Below are positions 27,319 to 35,116 of a stretch of DNA of 64,000 bases, piece by piece. How positions within the stretch are numbered: the first letter of the stretch is position 1; every line of letters starts with the position of its first letter. Below the pieces are notes generated by a model. That model saw only the letters and a program-made list of their open reading frames with translations. It did no database searches and was not told the DNA's origin. The stretch is from the NCBI GenBank assembly GCA_963771135.1, contig CAVYSC010000002.1:800685-864684 (forward strand), in the 5' to 3' direction. The DNA comes from an uncultured Acidobacteriaceae bacterium. Lineage in GTDB: Bacteria; Acidobacteriota; Terriglobia; Terriglobales; Acidobacteriaceae. A program made the position numbers and the translations under genes.

Positions 27319-27549
27319 GCCGCCCTCCCGGCCCACAATCTCATTTCTTCCGAGTCCTGCGGCTGCCCGGAGTAGCCCGCACGGTCCCGCTCCTCCAGCG
27401 CGCGGAGTTTCCAGCTTCCGCAAGTGCTCCCGCAGCGCTTCACGCACCAGAGCGGACCGGTTCCGCTTGAGCTTGCGCGCCGCCCGATCCGTAGCCGCCA
27501 GCAGCTTCCGGTCGAGCACTACCTGCACCGTTTCCATCGCTGTTCCCAT
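27303..27549 (-). CDS. ribbon-helix-helix (CopG-like) antitoxin, with one apparent frameshift at the A-run 27408-27410
   Basis: METVQVVLDRKLLAATDRAARKLKRNRSALVREALREHLRKLE, then in the +1 frame LRALEERDRAGYSGQPQDSEEMRLWAGRAAWPEE*. Removing one A from gaaactc restores a normal antitoxin. Confidence 0.7.
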
Positions 27550-27616
27550 TGTCGACTCCACTCCACAGTCTACTCCACAGTGGATGCGGAATCGGTCTTC
27601 TTCCGCTGCCTCCCCC

Positions 27617-27660
27617 GGGTGCCCCACCCTTGTCCGCAGTCTTATCGCGGACAGGGTGGG
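27617..27660. repeat. GGGTGCCCCAC-type REP hairpin
   Basis: gggtgccccacccttgtccgc-agtcttat-cgcggacagggtggg. Confidence 0.7.
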
Positions 27661-27881
27661 CGGAGTCACACCACTCCCGACCTCTATTCCCTATAACCCA
27701 TCCCCTGCTCCGCCCCCCTCACACCGCCGCCGCAATCGCCGCCTCCCGATCCTTCTTCCGCTCCAAAAAGTCGTACCAGCTCTCCCCCTCCTGCGGAGCC
27801 ACCATCTCCGTAACCTTCCCTTCCGTCCGCACCAGCGCCCGATCCCACTGCTCCTTCACCCCGGAAACACCGACCGGTGCA

Positions 27882-28754
27882 TCACCGCCTCCGGCCCAGT
27901 CCCGGGTGCCCCACCCTTGTCCGGGGCCCCCGACGCGCCTGTAGTTGGCGCGACGGGGTGGTTGTCGTCGTTTCAGGCGACAGGGTGGGTCCAGCAGCAG
28001 CCTCTGCGGCAGCCGGCTCGCTGATCGCCGGTTTCTGATCCCCGATCCCTGATCCCTGATCACTGTTTTCCGGCTGCTGGCCGCTGGCCGCTGGCAGCTC
28101 GTCACTCATCCCCGCCTTGCGCAGCGCCTCCTTCCGATCCCACTCCGCGCGGATCACCGCCCTCCTGGCGTCCTCCTCCTCCATCCTCTTGAACTCCTGG
28201 CGGTATTTCTCCGCCCCCTCGTCGATCCCCCGCATCAACTCATCCCACCACGCTCTGGGATTCTCCGCCGCCTTCGGTTCGTCTGCGGCGGACGCAGTTC
28301 CTGCACCCTGCACCGTGGCCCCTGCCCCCTCCTCCATCCTCTCCACGAACCGCCCCATCAGCCCGTCCAGCTTTTCCGCGCCCATCCTCTCCGCCAGCGC
28401 CGCATACCGCAGCGCCGCATTCTGTGTCGCCACGCGCCGATCCAGCCTCCGCTCGGCGTCGCGGCACCCTTCCAGCATCACGCGCCCATTCGCCGGCGGA
28501 ATCGATCCCAGCGCCATCGCCCGCACCGTCTGCGACCGCACAAAGGCGATCGACGCCTCGTCATCCAGCAGCGGAATCGTCAGCGCCATCAGCCCGCTCG
28601 CCTCGCGATACCGCGCGTGCGCGTGGCAACGAGTCTCACCCACCGCAGGAATCCCCCGGCACGGCTCCCCATTCTCCCGCACCACCTCACACCGCCGCCC
28701 CACCACGTGACTCTGCGCTTCCTCCCGCCCGCTCTGCTCTTCCATTTCGCTCAT
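27882..28754 (-). CDS. hypothetical protein; the C-terminal third is encoded by repeat DNA, so the true 3' end is uncertain
   Basis: MSEMEEQSGREEAQSHVVGRRCEVVRENGEPCRGIPAVGETRCHAHARY... (Cys/His cluster, helical charged middle). From about 28111 downstream the frame reads through a heptamer array and a REP element. Confidence 0.45.
   Translation of the reverse strand: MSEMEEQSGREEAQSHVVGRRCEVVRENGEPCRGIPAVGETRCHAHARYREASGLMALTIPLLDDEASIAFVRSQTVRAMALGSIPPANGRVMLEGCRDAERRLDRRVATQNAALRYAALAERMGAEKLDGLMGRFVERMEEGAGATVQGAGTASAADEPKAAENPRAWWDELMRGIDEGAEKYRQEFKRMEEEDARRAVIRAEWDRKEALRKAGMSDELPAASGQQPENSDQGSGIGDQKPAISEPAAAEAAAGPTLSPETTTTTPSRQLQARRGPRTRVGHPGLGRRR
27904..27994. repeat. GGGTGCCCCAC-type REP with an enlarged, internally structured loop
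   Basis: gggtgccccacccttgtccgg...cgcgcc-tgtagtt-ggcgcg...gcgacagggtgggtcc. Confidence 0.6.
28021..28111. repeat. heptanucleotide tandem array (13 units)
   Basis: ctgatcg ccggttt ctgatcc ccgatcc ctgatcc ctgatca ctgtttt ccggctg ctggccg ctggccg ctggcag ctcgtca ctcatcc. Confidence 0.8.
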
Positions 28755-28789
28755 GACCTGTTTCGCTCTCCTTGCCCCTGGTGAACTCT

Positions 28790-28940
28790 CGGGTGCCCCA
28801 CATCTGCCCGAAGTTGGCAGATCTGGGAGGCCACTGCTCCATCCCCGGCGTAACTCCCCGCGCCGAAGGCGCAACGCTGACTAGCCCAGCACTTCAGTGC
28901 TGGGAAAGCTCGCATGAAAACTCGAGTCCCGGAGGGACGG
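28790..28940. repeat. composite two-hairpin intergenic element, copy B
   Basis: cgggtgccccacatctgcc-cgaagtt-ggcagatctgggag, then ggcgcaacgctgactagcccagcacttcagtgctgggaaagc, then gagtcccggaggga. Compare 16851-17025. Confidence 0.75.
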
Positions 28941-28949
28941 CGCTGCAAT

Positions 28950-28985
28950 CCCCAAAAAAGAGAGGCTCGCCACCCGGCGAGCCTC
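28950..28985 (-). terminator. intrinsic terminator (minus strand)
   Basis: Perfect 10-bp stem gaggctcgcc-accc-ggcgagcctc (28962-28985), followed on the minus strand by tcttttttgggg. Confidence 0.6.
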
Positions 28986-29002
28986 AACCCTGACCCCTAC
29001 TC

Positions 29003-29033
29003 AAAAGGCCCCGCACGGGGCGGAGCCTTTTTT
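29003..29033. terminator. bidirectional-looking intrinsic terminator
   Basis: aaaa-ggccccgc-acggg-gcggagcc-tttttt. The 8-bp stem has one mismatch, a T6 tail on the plus strand and an A4 run upstream. Confidence 0.5.
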
Positions 29034-29308
29034 CTTACCATCTATATTCAGAATACCAATTCCAGACAATTAGCCCGCCAAATATCTTTGGCCTTTTTCG
29101 CCTAACTCGCGCGCCAAACAAACAACTTATCCTAGCCCATTACTTCCGTAAGGGCTTGACAATGGTTTTTCATACTCCTGGAATCCCTGGGGTGCGAACA
29201 CGCGAACCCTATTGACCAAACGATAACAGGGATTGCCTTCCTCGCCACCCTATGAAACCTGCCCCTAACCCCCATGGATTCAACTCGGTTTACCACCCCG
29301 ACACCCCA

Positions 29309-31042
29309 TCAATCCAATCGATACTTCGTCTCCGCCAGGTGGTAGAGCGGGCGCCAGACCAATCGGTTGATGGTGACGACCATGAGGGCCATGATCATGG
29401 TTCCGGCTAACAGGACGGCGTAGTTGGCCTGGTCGCTGGCGGCGCTGATCTGCGCGCCCAGGCCGAGGGTCATGAGCGTGCGTCCTTTCACCTGAAAGTA
29501 CTCGGCGACGATGGAGGCGTTCCACGCTCCTCCCGATGCGGTGATGAGCCCGGTGATGAGGAAGGGGAAGATGCCGGGGAGGATGACGGTGGTCCATCGC
29601 TGCACGTTCGAGAAGCGGAAGAGCGTGGCGATCTCCCTGAGCTCGGAGGGAATGGCCTGGGCTCCGGCAATGACGTTGAAGAGGATGTACCACTGGGCCG
29701 CGAGCAGCATGAGCGCGATGGAGCCGAAGCCGAGCGAGACGCCGAGACGCGCGAGCGCGATGAGGATGAGCGGAAAGAGCGCGGTGGCGGGGAAGGACGC
29801 GGCGATCTGCGCGATGGGCTGGAGCAGGCGCGAGAGGCGAGGCTGGAAGCCGATGGCGACGCCGACGGGAATGGTCCAGAGCGAGCCGAGGAGGAGCGCG
29901 GCGTTGACGCGGGCGAAGGTGAGGCCGGCGCCGGCGAGGAGGGTGAGGAACTCGGTGCGGTGGATCTCTTTGAGGAGCAGGGCGGCGTGGAAGGCGGCGA
30001 CGGCGATGAGGCCGAGCAGTGCGACGCCAACGATCCAATAGGCAGCGGTGACGCCGCGGCGGGATTCGGTGCGCGGCGCGCGCGGCTGGCGGGCGCGGTC
30101 GGCGAGGGTGGAGTAGAACCACTCCGACATGGGGCCGAAGGTGCGGCGCCCGATGGAGGCGAGGATGCGGGAGTTGCGCAGGGCGTGGAGGACGGGCGAG
30201 GTGACGCGCTCCTCGCTTTCAAGAGTCTCGAATTTGAACTTGTCGGACCAGGCGATGAGCGGGCGCCAGAGGAGCTGGTCGATGACGACGATGATGAGGA
30301 CCATGGCGGCGAGTCCCCAGGCGAGGGCACGGTAGTCGCCCGCGGAGGCGGCGGTTTGCAGATACGAGCCGAGGCCGGGGAGGCGATATTCGCGGCTGCC
30401 GACGGGGAACATCTCGCAGACCATGAGGAAGAACCAGCCGTTGGCGACGGAGACGATGGAGTTCCAGATGAGGCCGATGGCGGCGAAGGGCAGCTCCAGC
30501 TGGAAGAGGCGCTGGAGGCGGGAGAAGCGGTTGATCTCACAGGCTTCCATGAGCTCGCGGGGAATGCTTTTGAGCGAGGTGTAGAAGCTGAAGGCCATGT
30601 TCCAGACTTCGCCGGTGAAGATGAGGAGGATGGCGCCCGCCTCAATACCGAGCTGGCGGGATGGGAAGAGGGAGATCATGGCCAGCATGACGCCGGGGAG
30701 AAAGCTGAGGACGGGGATGGACTGGAGGATGTCGAGAGTGGCGATGAGGAGGGCTTCAAGGCGCTTGTTGTAGGCGGCGGTGTATCCGTAGGCGATGGCG
30801 AAGGCGAGCGAGAGCGCGTAGGCGACGAAGATGCGGACGAGGGAGTAGACGGCGTAGAGCGGGAGATGCGAGGGCGTGAGGTGGATGACGACTTCGGGGA
30901 TGGCGGCGCTGAACCAGAACTTGGCGATCCAGAGAATGGCGTAGAAGCCGGCGAGGAGGGCGGCGGCGACGGTGAGATCGAGGAAGAAGGGCCAGGTGCG
31001 CTCGACGGCGAGCTGTTTGGAGAGGGTGAAACGGGGCCTCAT
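29309..31042 (-). CDS. ABC transporter permease, fused double BPD-type (nitrate/sulfonate/bicarbonate-like family)
   Basis: MRPRFTLSKQLAVERTWPFF... with two permease repeats (each with an EAA-like loop, e.g. LKSIPRELMEACEINRFSRLQRLFQLELP and AIPSELREIATLFRFSNVQRWTTVILP). ATG 31042 overlaps the ATPase TGA (ATGA). Confidence 0.85.
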   Translation of the reverse strand: MRPRFTLSKQLAVERTWPFFLDLTVAAALLAGFYAILWIAKFWFSAAIPEVVIHLTPSHLPLYAVYSLVRIFVAYALSLAFAIAYGYTAAYNKRLEALLIATLDILQSIPVLSFLPGVMLAMISLFPSRQLGIEAGAILLIFTGEVWNMAFSFYTSLKSIPRELMEACEINRFSRLQRLFQLELPFAAIGLIWNSIVSVANGWFFLMVCEMFPVGSREYRLPGLGSYLQTAASAGDYRALAWGLAAMVLIIVVIDQLLWRPLIAWSDKFKFETLESEERVTSPVLHALRNSRILASIGRRTFGPMSEWFYSTLADRARQPRAPRTESRRGVTAAYWIVGVALLGLIAVAAFHAALLLKEIHRTEFLTLLAGAGLTFARVNAALLLGSLWTIPVGVAIGFQPRLSRLLQPIAQIAASFPATALFPLILIALARLGVSLGFGSIALMLLAAQWYILFNVIAGAQAIPSELREIATLFRFSNVQRWTTVILPGIFPFLITGLITASGGAWNASIVAEYFQVKGRTLMTLGLGAQISAASDQANYAVLLAGTMIMALMVVTINRLVWRPLYHLAETKYRLD

Positions 31043-32396
31043 TTGGCCGGCTCCGGCGCGGGATCCGGATCTCCTCATGCTCGTGCTCGGCAAGCACGAA
31101 GCGGCGGCGGGAGTCGTCCCAGTCAAAGAGCTCGGCGTAGCGGCCCCAGGAGATGGCGGTTTCGAGCTGGCGGCGGCATTCGTCGTCGGAGAACTGCTCA
31201 TCGAGCATGTCGAGGAAGAATTCCTCGGGAACGGAGTGGTCGGTCTTGTTGGCGAGGGCGCGGGTGATCTGGCGGAGGAGCAGGACGTGATCGACGGCGG
31301 CCTGGCGGAAGAGCTCTTTCTGCCTGAGGATCTCGGATTCGGCGTAGGCGCGGCCTTCGGGGGTGATGGCGGCGTCGCCCTCCTCAATGCGGAGGAAGCC
31401 GAGGAGCTGCGAGGCTTCGACGATGGGGAAGAGGTCGTCGATCTCGAAGGCGAGCTCGTCGGCGAGGCGGTAGATGTCGGTGCGGCCGCCGAAGTCGATG
31501 ATGAGCTCGAGGAGGCCGGCGATGCCGCCGGGGCGGGCGTGGGGGAGCATCTCGTAGCGCATCTGGCGCTGGTCGCGGATGCGGCGGCCGCCGGCGATCA
31601 CGGGCATTTCGGCGGGGACGACGTCGGGCTGGGTGAGGACCTTATAGATGTAGTCGACGAGGGCGGTGAAGGCGGCGTCTTTGCGCTCGCGAGGCTGCGG
31701 AAGCGCGACTTTGAAATCGGTGCGGACGTGGCCGGGATTGCGGCCGAGGACGATGATGCGGTCGGCGAGGAGGACGGCTTCCTCGATGTTGTGGGTGACG
31801 AGGAAGATGGCTTTGGTGGGGATGGTCTTCTTCTGCCAGAGCTCGAGGAGCTCGCCCCGGAGGTTGTCGGCGGTGAGGACGTCGAGGGCGGAGAAAGGCT
31901 CGTCCATGAAAAGGACTTCAGGCTCGACGACGAGAGCGCGGGCGAATCCGACGCGCTGGCGCATGCCGCCGGAGAGCTCGCGGGGGTAGGCGGCTTCGAA
32001 TCCGTCGAGGCCGACGGTGTCGAGGATCTTGAGGCTGCGGCGATGGCGCTCGGTGGCTTCCATGCCACGGGCCTTCAGCGGCGCCTGAACGTTCTCGAGG
32101 ACGGTGAGCCAGGGGAAGAGGGCAAAGCTCTGGAAGACGATGGAGACGTTGGGCTGGGTGTTGGCGACGTCCTGGCCATGCCAGAGGACCGTGCCGGCGG
32201 AAGGGCGGGAGAGGCCGGAAAGCATGCGGAGCAGCGTGGATTTACCGGAACCGGAGGGGCCGAGGAGGGCGACGATCTCGCCGGGAAAGATGGCGAGGTC
32301 AGTGGGAGCAATGACCTGAATGCGCGCGTCCCGCGACTGCGCGTAGAACTTCTCGACCTGCCGTGCCTGGATAATCGGTTCGGTCATTTGCACCAT
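31039..32396 (-). CDS. ABC transporter ATP-binding protein with C-terminal AAA-associated domain, with one apparent frameshift near 31070
   Basis: GPSGSGKSTLL, LSGGMRQRVGFARAL, LFMDEPFSALD. The C-terminal domain has GGIAGLLELIIDFGGRTDIYRLADE. The frame that ends EDPDPAPEPAK* at TGA 31039-31041 restores coupling with the permease start. Confidence 0.85.
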
Positions 32397-32597
32397 AGGG
32401 CCTGCGGATTTCCACTGCAATCCGGCGGGAGGGCATCGGGGAAATTATGGCTGATTTCAATGTAAGATGGGAGGGGTTGCTGCGGGATGAAGCATCTCCC
32501 AAAGTCAGCGTATCATCCCCAGGTATAGCCCCGTCCGGCCGATCGGAAGCGCCGGTTACCCTGATTCATTCGATTTTGAGGATTTGGTAAGAAGCGA

Positions 32598-32981
32598 ATG
32601 CCCGAACAGCAGACGGCGAACCAAGCGAAGCCCCGAGTGCTCGTCGTGGATGACGAGCGCGTGATTGCCGACACCCTGGCGATCATCCTGAATCAGAGCG
32701 GATTCCATGCGACAGCGGTGTACAGCGGCGAGAAAGCCGTGGAGATGGCGGAGAAGCTGCGGCCGGACATGGTGATCAGCGACGTCATCATGAACGACCT
32801 GAACGGGATCGATGCGGCGATCCAGATCCGCGCCATGCTGCCGGGCTGCAAGATTTTGCTGTTCTCGGGACAGGCGGCGACGGCCGATCTGCTGGACCGG
32901 GTGCGGAGCCAGGGGCACGAGTTCGAGATCCTGGCGAAGCCGGTCCACCCGCAGGACCTGCTGGCGCGGCTGCGGAGCTGA
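32598..32981 (+). CDS. single-domain CheY-like response regulator
   Basis: RVLVVDDERVIADTL...MVISDVIMNDLNGID...ILAKPVHPQDLL. Confidence 0.9.
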   Translation: MPEQQTANQAKPRVLVVDDERVIADTLAIILNQSGFHATAVYSGEKAVEMAEKLRPDMVISDVIMNDLNGIDAAIQIRAMLPGCKILLFSGQAATADLLDRVRSQGHEFEILAKPVHPQDLLARLRS

Positions 32982-33326
32982 GAGCCTGTGGCGGCGGACG
33001 GCGAGCCAACGCAGCGACGGGGTGGCCTCGATGAGTGACTCGGCGACAAGGGCGTCTGAACGAAGCCGCAGGCGTGGCGGGAAGCCGAAGAATTGCACTA
33101 AACGTCCTGGGCGAGGAAACGGAGCTTCGCTCTCAGGCGATCAGTCCCGTCTCTCGACAGAGCCTCCGTCGGCTGGCAGCCAGGCAGGTTGGCATAGACC
33201 AGCATCCCTTCCTGCAAAGCGAGGATGCCCCGCAAGCGATATTCCGGCATTTCGGTGGGTGAGGTTGAATCCAAGGCGTTCAAGATTGACCAGACTCGAC
33301 AAAGCCAGATGAGATCTACTACCCGA

Positions 33327-33500
33327 ATGGAAACACCAATAGAAATTCTGACGGTCACCCGGGACGAGCGCGACGGGATCATTGTGAGCTTCTCGGACGG
33401 CACGACTGGCGAGTATGTCGTGGAGGAGCTACTGGGACTAAGGCCGAAGAGGGAATGGACTAAACCGCCTCCAGAATCGGGTTCGGATCAATCAGGCTGA
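33327..33500 (+). CDS. small hypothetical protein (DUF2442-like?)
   Basis: METPIEILTVTRDERDGIIVSFSDGTTGEYVVEELLGL. Overlapped by an antisense ORF (33098..33403), so coding status is uncertain. Confidence 0.35.
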   Translation: METPIEILTVTRDERDGIIVSFSDGTTGEYVVEELLGLRPKREWTKPPPESGSDQSG

Positions 33501-33571
33501 CCCGTTGAGTCCGTCGTGGCGGGTTGCGCCGGGCTCTGCCAACATGGAATTCGATGGGAGGAATCCGCCGC

Positions 33572-34315
33572 TCACACGAGCTTCGCCCGTTTGGCGGATC
33601 GTGCTCGACTGGGTGGGGGGTCGAGGAGTTTGGGCTTTGACGAATTCTCCTCTGGTAACCGGTCGTGCAAAACCGCGTTGAGCAGCGACTTGTGAACCCG
33701 AATGCCGCCATTGTAATCAATGTAGCCGAGCTTCCTGAAGCGATTCATGAAGAAGCTGACACGCGATCGAGTGGTACCGATCATCTCCGCAAGAGTCCCC
33801 TGCGTTACCGGTGGGATCAGTGCCTCCGGCTTACCCGGTTCACCATACTCCGCCATCAGCAAGAGCGTCCGCGCCAACCGCCTCTCGCTGGAGTTGAATA
33901 GCTGATCGAGGAGATCCGCCTGGGTTCTCATGCCCCGAATCACGATGAACTTCAAGAAAAAGGTGGAGAAATCATGCTCCTTCTGCAGGACGCGGAGTAT
34001 TTCCGCCGTCGCGATCCTGAGGACCGTGCAGTCGGTAATGGCTGAGGCGGTGACCGTTCGCCGCGTTCCCGCTCCGGCGATCGACTCCTCGCCAAAGAAA
34101 TCCCCGGCGGCGAGCAACGTAACCGTCGCTTCTTTGCCGTTGCTGGAAATGACGGTGAGCTTCGCCCGGCCAGTCTGAAGATAAAACACAGCGTCGGCTG
34201 GGTTTCCCTGGGAAAAGAAAATCTGCTTTGCCGTGTGATTGCTGATGCTTCGTCCTGGCCCTTCGGCTGCGAGAAAAGCGGCTATATCAAAGGGCCTCCC
34301 GGTTACTCTACCCAT
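33572..34315 (-). CDS. Crp/Fnr-family transcriptional regulator
   Basis: cNMP-binding FFSQGNPADAVFYLQTGRAKLTV...GDFFGE and HTH TQGTLAEMIGTTRSRVSFFMNRFRKLGYI. Confidence 0.9.
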   Translation of the reverse strand: MGRVTGRPFDIAAFLAAEGPGRSISNHTAKQIFFSQGNPADAVFYLQTGRAKLTVISSNGKEATVTLLAAGDFFGEESIAGAGTRRTVTASAITDCTVLRIATAEILRVLQKEHDFSTFFLKFIVIRGMRTQADLLDQLFNSSERRLARTLLLMAEYGEPGKPEALIPPVTQGTLAEMIGTTRSRVSFFMNRFRKLGYIDYNGGIRVHKSLLNAVLHDRLPEENSSKPKLLDPPPSRARSAKRAKLV

Positions 34316-34617
34316 CTAGACGGCCTCTTCCTGAGTGTGGTCTGGTCACGGATAATCTTCATCAGCGCTGCGTCGGGCCGGCGACGCTGCCATCATCCCG
34401 TTCCAGTGCGCGCGCAATTCTTCTTCGAAGCGAAGATAGCATTGCAACCGGTAATTGTCTGTTCCGTTTAGCACACCTCGCTATATCGATTTGGACAGGC
34501 ACCAGGAGCAGCTTCTCAAGGGTTGATCGAATGGGTGGGCCGCCATCTGGCGGTGAACCCTCTGAGAAGCGCGGCCGGGAGCCGCCAGAGGCAAGAGTTG
34601 GCCTGGCTGCAAGGTTT

Positions 34618-34802
34618 ACCTGAACGGGATCGACGCGGCGATCCAGATCCGCGCGATGCTGCCGGGCTGCAAGATTCTTCTGTTCTCCGGGCAGGCGGCG
34701 ACGGCCGATCTGCTGGAGCGCGTGCGGCAGCAGGGGCACGAGTTCGAGATTCTGGCGAAGCCGGTACACTCGCAGGATCTGCTGGCGCGGCTGCGGAGCT
34801 GA
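34618..34802 (+). pseudogene. 5'-truncated duplicate of the response-regulator 3' end
   Basis: About 91% identical over 185 nt to 32797-32981. Reads LNGIDAAIQIRAMLPGCKILLFSGQAATADLLERVRQQGHEFEILAKPVHSQDLLARLRS*. No upstream REC half. Confidence 0.8.
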
Positions 34803-34807
34803 TAGAG

Positions 34808-34866
34808 CCAGGGATCAGTAGTCAGGGATCAGGGATCAGGGGTCAGGGGTGTCAGTGATCAGGGTC
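34808..34866. repeat. heptanucleotide tandem array (8 units)
   Basis: ccaggga tcagtag tcaggga tcaggga tcagggg tcagggg tgtcagtga tcagggt. Confidence 0.8.
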
Positions 34867-35116
34867 ACCCTGGCGCCGATGGCGGACCAAGACCCGGACT
34901 CTCGCTGCCTCGCCATGCTCGCCGCATTCCGGTGAGGCCAGCGGCTCCCCTGGACGGTTTTCCTTGATCGCCTCCTGCCTGCATTCGGCTCTCCGTGTGC
35001 AAAACGCCGGTGAATTCACGCCCGGTTCATCCCCTCTTTAGCTCCCGTTCAAATCCAGGCAGCACAGTGGGAGTCGGACACCCCGCGTGACGGGGCGCTC
35101 GCGATGGAGGCGTGCC

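Noticed and set aside
24690-29308. A defined mobile element (prophage, ICE or transposon) carrying the methylase/HNH/MazEF genes.
   Set aside because: No integrase, transposase, tRNA attachment site or flanking direct repeats were found. Only compositional change and defence-type content support an island, so no mobile_element feature is called.
29040-29308. Low-G+C spacer examined for a tRNA, tmRNA, RNase P or SRP RNA gene or an att site. It contains TTGACA at 29155 and small hairpins.
   Set aside because: It lacks a T-loop (GGTTCGAATCC-like) sequence, an RNase P GGAAAGTCC box and any other diagnostic motif. The hairpins are short and AT-rich.
33098-33403. 101-aa minus-strand ORF with a protein-like C-terminus (PEYRLRGILALQEGMLVYANLPGCQPTEALSRDG...).
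   Set aside because: Its N-terminal half is antisense to the 33327..33500 ORF and I recognise no family. I cannot decide which strand, if either, is coding, so only the plus ORF is listed, at low confidence.
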